Source: an uncultured virus (IMG/VR IMGVR_UViG_3300010342_000399) (Duplodnaviria > Heunggongvirae > Uroviricota > Caudoviricetes). From it: DNA of 64,000 nucleotides. Location of the stretch: IMG/VR virus record IMGVR_UViG_3300010342_000399. The stretch is one strand, 5' to 3'. A model generated the notes under the pieces. That model searched no databases. It was not told where the DNA came from and saw only the letters and a program-made list of their open reading frames with translations. Made by a program: the position numbers and the translations under genes. Positions 1 to 12,100 of the stretch are shown in pieces (within the stretch, counting starts at the first letter, position 1; the number at the start of each line of letters is the position of its first letter).

Positions 1-108
1 CCCATCCTACATCTAATCCAAATTTTGTTTCTTGATTTATAAGAATGGTACTATTAGTATTTGTTGTTTGTTGACGAACTCTCATTATAATTTATCCGTT
101 TCTTATAA

Positions 109-3100
109 TTATAATCTTTCTGCAATTTTAGTAAACATCCACCAAGCCGCATATGCTTTCATATTAGCATTAAGTGGCTGTGAATGTGATGAAGCACAAT
201 TATACCAATCCACATTTACTGTATGTGAATTCTGCCAATTTATGGCCCAGTTTCCACCATCGTAATTACACCCATCATCTGCACCAAGATTTAAATAATC
301 AACGCCATTAGGATCATACCTTTCAATATCAGCGAAATCAAATAAAATCCGATTGTTTGTTGCACAATGTGCTCTAATTTGTTCATTTCTTTGATGTAAA
401 TTACCTGATGAACCAGTACCATCAAGATGTCCTGTCATATATACAAATTTAACAGGACGACTAGCATATTCATTTTCAAGACTAGCCATTAAACTTAAAT
501 AATTTGACATAACAACAGAAGATGATAAATAACTTAATTGCCCACACCATGACCACATTACAACATTGCAATTAGGATGAGAATTAAGATATGCCCGCGT
601 TTGATTATAAAACGCAGTATAATCGCCACCACCACCTAAATCTGCTCCGCCTCCACCATAAATTCCATGATCATGAATAGATAATCTATTTGCACTATGT
701 ATATCAGAATTTATAAAATCAAATTTAGGCGAGCCACCCATCACACTATTCATAAGTCCAGTCATACCTTGAATAATTTGTTCACCATGAGATGTATGTT
801 CATATGCGATTAGTAATTTAGATTTTGCATTAGATATAGACACATCACTAAGGGTATTTAACACAATATATCGCGAAATTGTGTGATTCGCAATAATTGA
901 ACCACCAACAATAGTTGGAGGACTTTGTGTTGGTGTTCTAGATAACGATATTGATGGTGTCCTAGATAATGACATTATTGGTGTTCTACTTTTCGACGGT
1001 GCTGGCTGTGATGCCGATGGTGTTCGTGAATTTGATGGTGTACTCGGTGGCGATACACCTGGTGCTAATGTTTCATATGCTCCTATATCTGGTGCCCCAA
1101 AAATACTTCTACCTTCAATATCATTACTGAATCCAAGATATGCTCCAGCGTTAATTGCTGGTGAACCAGATTGTAAATGAAAATCATTACCAGAAACAAA
1201 AAGAGGATCTGCACTTATTGAATTTATATCTTGTGTTGGATATTTTGCTCTCCATTGTGCAAAAGTAGTATATGTTCCATCATCTGTATATGCTAGAATA
1301 GCTACATTATATAAATTATTATCAAATGTAAACTTAGGTGTCATATGTGATGGATTGCCATATCTTATTGCTGGATTTGAACATGTTTTAAAAATATTAT
1401 TTTTTATTTCACAGTTAATGATATTTCCGCGATCTACCCATATCATAACATGACGAGCATTAGATGAATCCGGTCTTTGATTTACACTCCATGAAGTCGC
1501 GTTAACACAAGTATTATTATAAAAATTCACATTTTTCATTGTTACACTTGAATCTTCTGCCCATGTTTCATATTCATAATAACAATTCCATATTCTATTA
1601 TATGACATTTTCACATTGCTCTGGGTAAAGTTTACACCGCCTTGTGGCGAAATACCAGCATCATAACAATCATGTATATTATTATATCTTATTTTAAGAT
1701 CATTTACTCGTTGCCACATTTGAACACCATTACCCATTCTATACGATGGATCACTTGGCACCCACATACCCCCAATCCAAGAAATATCACAATATTCAAC
1801 AATTCCATGACTACATCCATTAATGAATATAATTCCGTTATTACCGCTATATCTCACATCTAAATTACGGAGAATAATAAAATCAGAATTTGAAACTCGT
1901 ATAACTTCTTCAGTTGAATATCCATCAGCACAAATATATGCTCCACCTATTTCAATATGTGAATAATACGATCCCGGATTTGATGTTGAATATAAATAAA
2001 CAAATCTATCTATTGGACTTATATACCATTGACCCTGTCCTACGCATCCACTTAATGTGGTTCTTTTAATACCACAACTTGCTTCATTATTAAAAATTAA
2101 ATTTGCAACATCACTATATGTTGTAACTTGAGTAGTTGTTCGCCAAATATTTCCGCTATACACAGTCCATTGACTTGTAGAACTATAATCTTTAGACCCC
2201 CATATTCTTGGCTTATTTCCTGTACCATATGCATCAAAAGTTATTGGTTTTGGATTGAATGGCCAGAAATCAACTGCTGCTAAAATACCATTAGTCAATC
2301 GTTGTCGTCCAGAATCAGTAAAACGTAACCCGTCAGTTGTGTCTTCAGCACGCATACTATATGGACTTGTTGGATTTTTCATTATAGTATATCCATCTAC
2401 TACATAATCAACATTTATCGCATTATTTTTAATCCAGTTATTTACATTTTCAAGATTTGTTTGACGTGCTAATGTCCACCAACTTGCACTACCGAATGGC
2501 GTCAATGTAACAGCTATTACCTTTGCTCCACTATTGCGAGCATTATTATACATTGTTTGTAAATTATTTTGTATTGTTGATACGCTCGTTCCTGCTGATA
2601 TATCACTTATACCGCCAAATATTATTACGTAATGATGATCACTATTATTAATAACATCAGCACTAAATCTTGATACCATTTGACTAGTTGTATTATCATT
2701 AACTCCCTTATCATATACACGATAAATTGATGTTAATTCAGTTTGTAATTGACTTGGAAATCCACCAGATGTTAAACTATCACCTATACAATATATTCCT
2801 GTTGTTGGCCCGGCATTTCCACTATTTTTGATATATAAATGTCCTCTAAATGTGTCACCTCTTCTAAAATAAACAGTTGATCCTGCAGGAATATTCATTG
2901 AATTTATTTTACTTAATGTTCTCCATGGAGAATTAATTGTACCATTTCCACTAATATCATCACCATCCGCTGAAACATAATAAGCATTTTCTGGTGATTG
3001 TTCTCTTCTACTAGAACTAGGAGTTCGTGATGGGGTTGGTGTTCGACTTGGCGGTTCCGGAGCAACAGTAACAAATTCATATGCTCCAATTGCTGGTGGC

Positions 3101-6100
3101 GTATTCCATCTATTTCCTGCTCCATCATACGTTAAACCAACATTTACACCTGCACGTAAAAGTTTTGATGATGATGAGGGTTTTAAAAAATCTAGAACCG
3201 GTAATGCCCCATTTACCCTAGGTGCATCCATACCAACTGAAGAAAGAGATTTGAAATCTGAATTCGATAAACTAAGTGGAATATCCCATGAATTATGATC
3301 GTGAACTATGCCGCTTGAACGAAACGCATCTGGTCTAGCATTATTATAAGAAACATTATTGCGGAATGTTACTGTTCCACTTCTATAAGTAAAATTAAAT
3401 AAAAATCCTTGTGAACCATTTCCGTATGATGTATTGTTATACATATTTACATCAACAAATGCACCGTCATCCATAGATTCATCAAATCCAATTAATCTAT
3501 TTTCAAAACATAAACAATTTATGACAGTTCTTTGGATACCAGATTCTCTACCAAACACTTTTCCAAGTTTAATTCCTGATCCATTTCCATTACCGCCAGG
3601 GCCCCATCCATTTTTAAATGCCCAACAAGTATCAAGTGTGATATATCCTCCTCTATAAGAGCCATCTGATGCAAAGAAATCAAATCCATCATCACTATTT
3701 CCCCATGCTCGACATCTAGTTAATGTTAAATGACAAGGCGCACCTGCTTGATAAGATGTTAATGTGAATCCATTTGCATATCCTCCAGCATCAGTATAAT
3801 CATAACAATTATATGCGTCGCAATCAATATAATGATTATAATCACTAAGTCCACTAGAAGAAAAACCATCCCCACAATCATGAACAACCATTCGTTCTAT
3901 TATAAAATGACTTGATCTAAACAATCTAACACCAACAGCAATAGGGCAATTTCTTACTTTGCCATATTCTGTAAAGTTTCGTATTGTTAATCCTTTTAAA
4001 TGATAATATGAACAATCTTCAAAATTCAATCCATAATGCCTTGCATTTCCAACAACATCTCTACCATCAAGTATTGGCGTTTGACCCGGATATGCCCATA
4101 TTTTTATATAATTCGATGCTGTTCCGCTTCTATTTAATCTCACCGCACCATTATATGCACCACTTATTAATCTATTAGCAGGATAATAAACACCACCCAT
4201 TATATATACTGTATCGCCAGCAGTCGCAACATCTAAAGCATGTTGCCATGTTGCCCATGGTTGACTAAAAGTACCGGGATTCGAATCATTACCATTTGTT
4301 GCAACATAATATGCATTAGGAACAACGGTTTCTTCAGGAGGACGTGGATATGTCGAAATAGAAAGTGATATTGTTGGCGTTCTAGATAAACTTCTACTTG
4401 GTGTTGGAGTTGGGCTAGCAACAGTAGTATATTCATATATACCAATACTTGGGGGGTTTCTCCATGCTCTACCATCATAATCATTTAATAATCCAACATA
4501 CACTCCCTGATATATAGCCGGTGATCCTGCTAACAAATGATAATCAGTTCCCATTGAAGCAAATAATGGATTACTCTTAATTGTTCTAGCATATGTATAG
4601 TTTGATAATGAATTTACAAAATTTATATTAAAAACTGGATCATTATTATTACCATTACCAAACATTATATTATTTCTGATAAAAATTACATCAGCTAATT
4701 GTCGACTATCTTCGCCAAGAATTGCTCCACGATAAAAATTAAGAATAATATTATTATCTATATAAAAGTGAATCATACGATTGACTTTTGGAATAACAAT
4801 TCCATATGCTGATCGTAAATTTGTATTTGGTATGGTTGTTCCTAAACTATGAATAATATTATTTTGTATTTTTACATTTTCCAATGTTCCTTCATTAGAC
4901 ATTATATCAGAACATTCAATACCCCATGTTTGTAAATCAGTGCCAGATTGGCCTAAATTACTCATTAAATTAGTGTTAATATTAATATTATATAATCTAT
5001 CTATTCCACCAGTATTGTTTCGTAAAAAATATATGGCTTTTGCTACATGATGTATATTATTTTTATATATTTGAAGATATTCACAAGTTCCTTCTAATAA
5101 AATACCTCTCTCCAATGTCATTGGAGTTGTATTCCTACCTATATTATTATTATATATTCTTATCGAATATCCTACTGAATAATAATCAACAGCATTATTA
5201 ATATCAATATCACCCTTTATTCTATTATTATAAATTTCATCACCACCTAAACTAAACCAAGATTCTATAGCACAATCAAAAGGATACGTATCTGTTTCAA
5301 TATCATTATGATGAATTTTTGAATTTTTATTATATCCAAGATCCCAATATTTTAATCCAACACCATGACGTTCCTTACAATCAATATTATTATTATATAT
5401 TTCAAATCCATCTTGAGTTCCCCAATAAACAGATCCATATGATCCTCCAGGATATGACGCTGAACAATTAAGTACAAGATTATTATAAAATTTATTACCT
5501 GTACACCATCCATTATTATCTGGCATTAATGAATGAACACTTTCTTGACTAACAACATAAGGATTATCTAATGTAAATGAATCACTTAACTGACCACTAA
5601 AATATGCAGCGCCTTGATTAAAGTTAATAAATTCACAATCATATATATGAACATTACATCTAAAACTAACTCCAATAGCAATTAATCCAGTTCTATCTCC
5701 ATCAAATCGTATACCTGATATTGATTGATTCCCATATACTGATCTACATGGGTCGCTAGATTCTAATTTAATACATGGATAATCAGAATCATATGTTAAT
5801 TTTAATGTAACTAAATTTTTACCCGCACCCATAATACTTACACTATGTGTCAATAACATTTGTCCAGTTTCTATGTAATTCCCCGGATTCAAATAAATTG
5901 TTGTACCACCTTGTGTTACTTGAGTAGTGGCATAATGTAATGTTCTCCACGGATTATTAATTGTTCCTGTTCCTGTAACATCATTTCCATTAGGATCGAC
6001 ATAATAATATTCTGCTGTAGATGCTCTTGGAGACGGCGTTCTCGATGGCGTTGGTGAAGGACTTGGGCTTAGTATTTCAACATATTCATACGGTCCCATT

Positions 6101-9100
6101 GATGGTGGATCATTCCATGGTACACCAAGAGCATCTGTTGGTAATCCCGTTCGTATTCCCGCACCAATTAAATTACTTGTTGGACGCAACTTTAAGAAAT
6201 TTAATACAGGAAGATTACCATTACTATCTCTTGCCCCATCAATTCCAGCTGAATTAACGCTAATAAATTCTAGATTTCCAACTATTACTGGTGAATCCCA
6301 AGTATTATGATCAACATTTGTTGTATTACCAAGTTCAGCATTAGTTGAAGAATTATCAAATGCTATATTATTTTTTATATAATATCTCATATTTGGATCC
6401 ATATTAAAATGAAATCCACCCTCCCATGTTGGATCATTTCCACCATTTTTATATGAGCAATTATTATATAGAACCGCATTACAACGTATTCCATCATCTA
6501 TAAATCCCCATCTTCTATTTTCAAATGCTATATTATTATAAAAATATCTACGAACATCCGTAGTTGATTGCATCGTTCTTCCTAGTTTAAATCCATTACC
6601 ATCTCCTGCGGGTTCAAAATTATCTGGCTTATATCCATTCCAAAATGACCAACAATTTTCAACAGTAACAGACCCCTCTTCTTCCCAAAGATCTATTCCA
6701 TCATCACTATTCTTCCAAAATCTACAACCTCTTACAGTATTATGTCTGGTAGTAGAATCTCCATTAATACTAAATCCATCAGCATTTCCATATGGATCGT
6801 TTGATGTTAATGGATCTGCATTGTGATGAAAATCAGAATTCAAAACAAGGCAATCATCACAATTAGTTATTTTCATACCACCCCCATTATGGTGAATATT
6901 TAATAACTCAAAAGTACAATGATTACAATAATATGCTCTAAACGCTTCCCATACCTCTGATGATAACTGTGTATAATATGATATTTCTAAACCTTTAACA
7001 TCAATATAATTACCACTCAAAAAAACCGCAGTAAACGGCCAACTATTTGGATTTATATGATTAGGTCCTCTTGTTATAACAGGTATTTCTCCAGGATATG
7101 CGTAAATTCTTATTCTATTACCGTCTGAACCACTTTTTCCATCTAACCATTGTCTTTCTCTATATTGATATGTCCCACCTCTCATGTATATTAAATTACC
7201 TGCCCTGACACTTTGCCATGCACGATTTAATGTAAACCATGGTCTCTCTATAGAGCCATCTCCATTATTATCATCACCATCTGGTGATAAGTAAATGTCT
7301 GCATCCTCAATAACAATTGGCGTTGGAGTAACAACAGGCGTAGTAATATCTGGTGGAAAAGTGATATCTGGCGGAAAAGTTACATCAGGTGGTTCAATAG
7401 GTGGTGGCGGTAATGCCCCTTTCATATATGATAATGTATGAGTATCGCACGCGTCTAATTCTTTAGCTTTATAGAAATTAACAATTTCATCTTTTTTATT
7501 AATATATGTTTTTTCATTTCTTAAATAAAAATTAATATTTTTATGTATATAATGCGTGTTATTTAAATATGGATAATCTGTTCCATAACCATCAGGATCA
7601 ATATATCCATGATCATATAAATCTCTCCATCTCCATATTTTTTCTTTTGAAAAATATTCAGCATTTTCAGGTAAATTTTCAACTGGAGTATTAATATCTG
7701 TTGTTTCTATATATGGTGACAATTCTCGTATTTTAAATCTATAATGTGGTTGATAAAAAATACCAAATGGATTTGTTGGCGATGATCCTTCATAAAATTC
7801 ACTTGAAGTTTGTGCATGGTTAAATACTTCAATATTAGCAACAATTTTATGAAAAGCTTCAGAAATTATTCTTTCTTTAAGTTCTTTATGATTATATTCA
7901 ACAAATGCACCATATAATTCTGTACCTTCTGGTATTATATTTCCACTATTGAAAGAAATTCCATCTCTATTAAATGTTGTATATGTTAATCCCGTTTCGA
8001 ATACATTATTACTATCATCAAAATGTTCATCAATCCAAGTATTATGCATATGGAAAGAATATCCAACTTTCGGTGGATAATTAAAATATCCATTACCATT
8101 CCTAAAAATAATAGAAATATATAATTCTGTTGGTGTATATCCTAAGTTATTAGTTATTCCGCTTAATATAAATGGTTCTTTAAAATCAAATAAAACCGAT
8201 TCCATTCTATTTCTTACAACAAGAACATCATTTTCTCCAGCTGCGTTTTCATATAATATTTTTTGTTCATCTTCCCATATTGGAGACTCAAATCCAACTT
8301 TATCAAGAATATAATCATTAACTGATGTTACTATTTTGTGTTTATGTACATAATATTCTGAAGTTGTGTTTTCAATATCTTTTATATCCGTACATCTTTT
8401 ACCTGTAACTAATGTATCTATAGTATTATTTACTTGTGACTTTAAAATATTAACAACATATTCTTCAGATCTATAAATCTCATTACCTACAGAATTAATA
8501 TAATAATAATTATTATTTATACAAATATATTCACCTTGATTCATTCCATGTTTTACTGGACTTGTAAGAATATACTTATATTCATCTTCTGTTACTCTAA
8601 AAGGAATCCCATCACGACTTAAAAAAGATAAAACAGGTACAGTATCTCCACTTAATGTATATTTCATCGGAAAATTAAGATCACGACCAGAAATATATGA
8701 AAGATAAATATTCCAATTAAATTGTGGAGCGATAAGCGCAGTAATTGTTTGATGTTCTGTCGAACCACTAATAACAAAATTAAAATTTGTAAATCCACTT
8801 AACTCATTAACCGATTGTTCTTCAGTTGTCTCATAAAATATATCATCTCTTATAAAAGCAAACTCATTATAAGGTAAAAATCCACAAAAATTGTAATCTG
8901 AACCATCACTAACCAATGCTAATCTATTTCTCAAATATCTATATGGCGATGCTCCGGCATATATATTTCTGAAAACCATTTTTAATTTTCCATATAATTT
9001 ATATCTTAATGATTCAGATCTTTCGGTAGCAAACTGTTCTGTTAAATCTATAACAATATTACGATCATCGATTCTTAGTAAAGATTTATCTTCATCAAAT

Positions 9101-9177
9101 CCAATACGTATTTGACTATCAAGTTCAGGCGCTCCTTCATATCTCAGCTTTGGTAATATAATTTGTTTCTTTTTCAC
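109..9177 (-). CDS. Giant modular virion (baseplate/tail-associated) protein: N-terminal structural region, four right-handed beta-helix domains (two PL9-like), an inserted SGNH domain and a C-terminal SGNH-like domain
   Basis: 3022-aa ORF at the end of the baseplate gene run. Repeated YVxxxGxDxxxG...PWxT starts and GAYE/GxYE ends delimit four beta-helix units. PL9-like motifs NADGF, NSDDGxD and GNGFKLG are present, as is GDSLT. Units are separated by P/S/T-rich linkers. Confidence 0.8.
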   Translation of the reverse strand: MKKKQIILPKLRYEGAPELDSQIRIGFDEDKSLLRIDDRNIVIDLTEQFATERSESLRYKLYGKLKMVFRNIYAGASPYRYLRNRLALVSDGSDYNFCGFLPYNEFAFIRDDIFYETTEEQSVNELSGFTNFNFVISGSTEHQTITALIAPQFNWNIYLSYISGRDLNFPMKYTLSGDTVPVLSFLSRDGIPFRVTEDEYKYILTSPVKHGMNQGEYICINNNYYYINSVGNEIYRSEEYVVNILKSQVNNTIDTLVTGKRCTDIKDIENTTSEYYVHKHKIVTSVNDYILDKVGFESPIWEDEQKILYENAAGENDVLVVRNRMESVLFDFKEPFILSGITNNLGYTPTELYISIIFRNGNGYFNYPPKVGYSFHMHNTWIDEHFDDSNNVFETGLTYTTFNRDGISFNSGNIIPEGTELYGAFVEYNHKELKERIISEAFHKIVANIEVFNHAQTSSEFYEGSSPTNPFGIFYQPHYRFKIRELSPYIETTDINTPVENLPENAEYFSKEKIWRWRDLYDHGYIDPDGYGTDYPYLNNTHYIHKNINFYLRNEKTYINKKDEIVNFYKAKELDACDTHTLSYMKGALPPPPIEPPDVTFPPDITFPPDITTPVVTPTPIVIEDADIYLSPDGDDNNGDGSIERPWFTLNRAWQSVRAGNLIYMRGGTYQYRERQWLDGKSGSDGNRIRIYAYPGEIPVITRGPNHINPNSWPFTAVFLSGNYIDVKGLEISYYTQLSSEVWEAFRAYYCNHCTFELLNIHHNGGGMKITNCDDCLVLNSDFHHNADPLTSNDPYGNADGFSINGDSTTRHNTVRGCRFWKNSDDGIDLWEEEGSVTVENCWSFWNGYKPDNFEPAGDGNGFKLGRTMQSTTDVRRYFYNNIAFENRRWGFIDDGIRCNAVLYNNCSYKNGGNDPTWEGGFHFNMDPNMRYYIKNNIAFDNSSTNAELGNTTNVDHNTWDSPVIVGNLEFISVNSAGIDGARDSNGNLPVLNFLKLRPTSNLIGAGIRTGLPTDALGVPWNDPPSMGPYEYVEILSPSPSPTPSRTPSPRASTAEYYYVDPNGNDVTGTGTINNPWRTLHYATTQVTQGGTTIYLNPGNYIETGQMLLTHSVSIMGAGKNLVTLKLTYDSDYPCIKLESSDPCRSVYGNQSISGIRFDGDRTGLIAIGVSFRCNVHIYDCEFINFNQGAAYFSGQLSDSFTLDNPYVVSQESVHSLMPDNNGWCTGNKFYNNLVLNCSASYPGGSYGSVYWGTQDGFEIYNNNIDCKERHGVGLKYWDLGYNKNSKIHHNDIETDTYPFDCAIESWFSLGGDEIYNNRIKGDIDINNAVDYYSVGYSIRIYNNNIGRNTTPMTLERGILLEGTCEYLQIYKNNIHHVAKAIYFLRNNTGGIDRLYNININTNLMSNLGQSGTDLQTWGIECSDIMSNEGTLENVKIQNNIIHSLGTTIPNTNLRSAYGIVIPKVNRMIHFYIDNNIILNFYRGAILGEDSRQLADVIFIRNNIMFGNGNNNDPVFNINFVNSLSNYTYARTIKSNPLFASMGTDYHLLAGSPAIYQGVYVGLLNDYDGRAWRNPPSIGIYEYTTVASPTPTPSRSLSRTPTISLSISTYPRPPEETVVPNAYYVATNGNDSNPGTFSQPWATWQHALDVATAGDTVYIMGGVYYPANRLISGAYNGAVRLNRSGTASNYIKIWAYPGQTPILDGRDVVGNARHYGLNFEDCSYYHLKGLTIRNFTEYGKVRNCPIAVGVRLFRSSHFIIERMVVHDCGDGFSSSGLSDYNHYIDCDAYNCYDYTDAGGYANGFTLTSYQAGAPCHLTLTRCRAWGNSDDGFDFFASDGSYRGGYITLDTCWAFKNGWGPGGNGNGSGIKLGKVFGRESGIQRTVINCLCFENRLIGFDESMDDGAFVDVNMYNNTSYGNGSQGFLFNFTYRSGTVTFRNNVSYNNARPDAFRSSGIVHDHNSWDIPLSLSNSDFKSLSSVGMDAPRVNGALPVLDFLKPSSSSKLLRAGVNVGLTYDGAGNRWNTPPAIGAYEFVTVAPEPPSRTPTPSRTPSSSRREQSPENAYYVSADGDDISGNGTINSPWRTLSKINSMNIPAGSTVYFRRGDTFRGHLYIKNSGNAGPTTGIYCIGDSLTSGGFPSQLQTELTSIYRVYDKGVNDNTTSQMVSRFSADVINNSDHHYVIIFGGISDISAGTSVSTIQNNLQTMYNNARNSGAKVIAVTLTPFGSASWWTLARQTNLENVNNWIKNNAINVDYVVDGYTIMKNPTSPYSMRAEDTTDGLRFTDSGRQRLTNGILAAVDFWPFNPKPITFDAYGTGNKPRIWGSKDYSSTSQWTVYSGNIWRTTTQVTTYSDVANLIFNNEASCGIKRTTLSGCVGQGQWYISPIDRFVYLYSTSNPGSYYSHIEIGGAYICADGYSTEEVIRVSNSDFIILRNLDVRYSGNNGIIFINGCSHGIVEYCDISWIGGMWVPSDPSYRMGNGVQMWQRVNDLKIRYNNIHDCYDAGISPQGGVNFTQSNVKMSYNRIWNCYYEYETWAEDSSVTMKNVNFYNNTCVNATSWSVNQRPDSSNARHVMIWVDRGNIINCEIKNNIFKTCSNPAIRYGNPSHMTPKFTFDNNLYNVAILAYTDDGTYTTFAQWRAKYPTQDINSISADPLFVSGNDFHLQSGSPAINAGAYLGFSNDIEGRSIFGAPDIGAYETLAPGVSPPSTPSNSRTPSASQPAPSKSRTPIMSLSRTPSISLSRTPTQSPPTIVGGSIIANHTISRYIVLNTLSDVSISNAKSKLLIAYEHTSHGEQIIQGMTGLMNSVMGGSPKFDFINSDIHSANRLSIHDHGIYGGGGADLGGGGDYTAFYNQTRAYLNSHPNCNVVMWSWCGQLSYLSSSVVMSNYLSLMASLENEYASRPVKFVYMTGHLDGTGSSGNLHQRNEQIRAHCATNNRILFDFADIERYDPNGVDYLNLGADDGCNYDGGNWAINWQNSHTVNVDWYNCASSHSQPLNANMKAYAAWWMFTKIAERL

Positions 9178-9198
9178 TTATAAAATATCTTTTATATA

Positions 9199-12100
9199 TT
9201 ATTCAAATATTCTTGCTCCTATTTGCCAAGTGCCACTTTGATTTCTTAAGGCAGGCCTGCTTCCAACAACCCAAGTTGCCGTGGTTTGTAATCCTTCTCT
9301 AAATTCTGCTCCTAAATTAACGCCTCTTTGAATTATTGCTTTTGAACCCGGAACAAATCCTGTCATATTATTCATATGATTAAATGTTGGATTCATAACT
9401 ACAGAATTTTGATCATATCCAAGTTCATTCCTCCATCGATCCCATGTATATGTTGTAGAACCCACCCTAAATATTGGTGTGTGATCACCATCTTCGCACC
9501 AATATATGTTATAATCACATTCAAAATCTGTTAAATTGTCAGCTTGATCAAAACCTATCATAGGAACTTCTCTATATCTATTATAAAATATATTATTTTT
9601 CACTTTTGTGCGGCGAGCTACTGATATTATTCCTTGGCTTTCGCGATCTCTATTATCGTAAATATAAAGAACCGGTCTCCATGTTCGGCCAGCCCCAGTT
9701 CCAGCAAGTCTATCCTGATAAAATGTATTATTATACCAACGAGTACCGCTTACACCTTTTACATTACCACCGACAGTAAAACTATTCAATATATTATAAC
9801 TAATTACACCTTCTGTATCGAGCATATTAGTAAAAGATTTTCTAATAATGCCCATTGGAACATGATGTAAATAGTTATATTTAATAATTGCATTATTTTC
9901 ATGTCCTACAAAAACTCCATGTGTTATTACTGATGAGTCACCCGCTCCTTGCCATATAAACTGATTACCTAATATTACCAAACGATCCAAACTATAATTG
10001 CTTTGTAAATTTTCCTCATAACCGGCTTTAAGCATATAGTTAATGGTATTTTGTGATGTTATATTATTATATAAGAATGAAATTCTTGGATGATCAGAAT
10101 TAAAATAAATAGTAATATCTACACCACCCCATGAACTTGAACTGTTAGTATATGTTTGTGATTGTAATATATACCCATCATCGACAGTAACACATGTAGA
10201 CCAGTCAGTTATTTGTCCTGGTTGATACATTCCTATATATACTGTATGAGAAACTATTGGTGATGAATTATCAAATTGAATTCCCCATTGAAGTCCGGCT
10301 GGCGTAAAATGTTGTTGCCAACTTTGATCTTTATATACGATATATTGACCCAAGCCATTTTGTTCAGGAAATGGAATCACTTCATCTGTTTCTATATATC
10401 CAACTTCACGACGTTCAGCCATATTAACATGTTTACCACATGTACTAGTTGCGGGATTAGCTAAATCACTATCATTTCTAACAAGATAAACTCTAGTCCA
10501 TACTGGTAATGGTAATGGTGGCTCTATTGGAAGGCCATCACAATCTCGACAACCGCCATATATAGAATATATAACACTACCAACATTTGTACATCCAGCG
10601 TTAATTAATTCACTTTCATTTAAAGTTTCATCTAAAACTTCATATGCAACATTAATATCACATTCTTCACCGGCCCAAACACCATCTCCTCGATATAAAT
10701 GCCTACCTGTTGCACTTTTACCATAATAATTTCGAGATGTCTGCGAAAAACCTTCAATACATTTACGTAATCGATAAAAATAAAGATTCTCTGGCGTTGG
10801 TGTAACCGGTCCTGGTGCTGTTACTGTTGGCGTAACTAGAATTGTTGGCGTAACCGTTGGAAATACTGTTACTGATGGTATTCTTATATCTGAAACCGCG
10901 CATTCTTCATCTTCACCAAGATTAAATATATCTTTCGGTCCATAATATTTTATTAATAAATCCAATGACGTTCTTCCCGGCTTTAATCCAAAATAAAATA
11001 AAAATGGTGTAGATAAAACTTGTTTAGCATTTCCTAATTCGCCCCAATAATTATTCAATGTCTGTGGAACAAATGCTTCTCTAACATTATAATCAAGAGC
11101 CAATCGTTCATCTTCTGGCATTGTAGAACTTACATATAAATCTGGTTGTCGTACCCAGACCTTATTAACAACAACAAATATATATCCCATCCACGGATCT
11201 TTAAAATATACTCTCTCATCGTCAGTTCCACGTGAATCCGGAATTACCTGTAACCATAAATCACCTTCAACAAATCTTGTGGCATTTGGATAATCATCTG
11301 GTGCATATGGTTCAATTGTAATAACATCAAATCTTTCAAGTGAATCTTCTGTATCTCCGTTAAAACTAAAAGTACGATGACTCATTGTCATTGGCTTTAA
11401 AATATATTCTTCTTCACCATCCGCCATCAAATAATTTGTTCTACCCATTCTATTATAGACAGGATCAAATATTTTTGTCTCAGTTACTCCACTAACAGAA
11501 AATATTCTTTGTAGCGGCATTGATACAATTTTGGTTTTATCCCATCCTTGATCATCTGAACGCGATCCAAATCTACCAAATCCAAATCCTTCTTTCTCCC
11601 ATAAATAAAAAGGAACTTCTTGCGTATAATCACCTAATCTATAATTTAAGCATAATCTCATATATGCTCCATTATTATCTAGTTTTAAATCAATCGGCGT
11701 TGGACCATATAAATTCGCAAATTTAAAATAATCATCAAAATATTCATCTTCAGGATCCATTAATTCACCATTATACATATAATAATGAGGACCATCTATG
11801 TCAAATGCTTCAATACCAACTTCACAATTAATTGATATTAATTGAGTTATATCCCCATCAAATACTTTTGTGTTTGTTCCAAGAAGAGATTTGCTAAAGA
11901 AATCATCAACTTGAAATTTGGAGTTTGTTGTGTCAAGTCGATAATTTATTGCATATTCTACAATATTGGCAGGATCTTGATAAGATGTATTAGTAATATC
12001 TCTTACAACTGAACATGATGGGTCTGTTCTTAAATCAGTACATATATCACCTAAGAATTCATCTCTTATACCTAAATCATAAAATGTTGTTGGATGAAGA

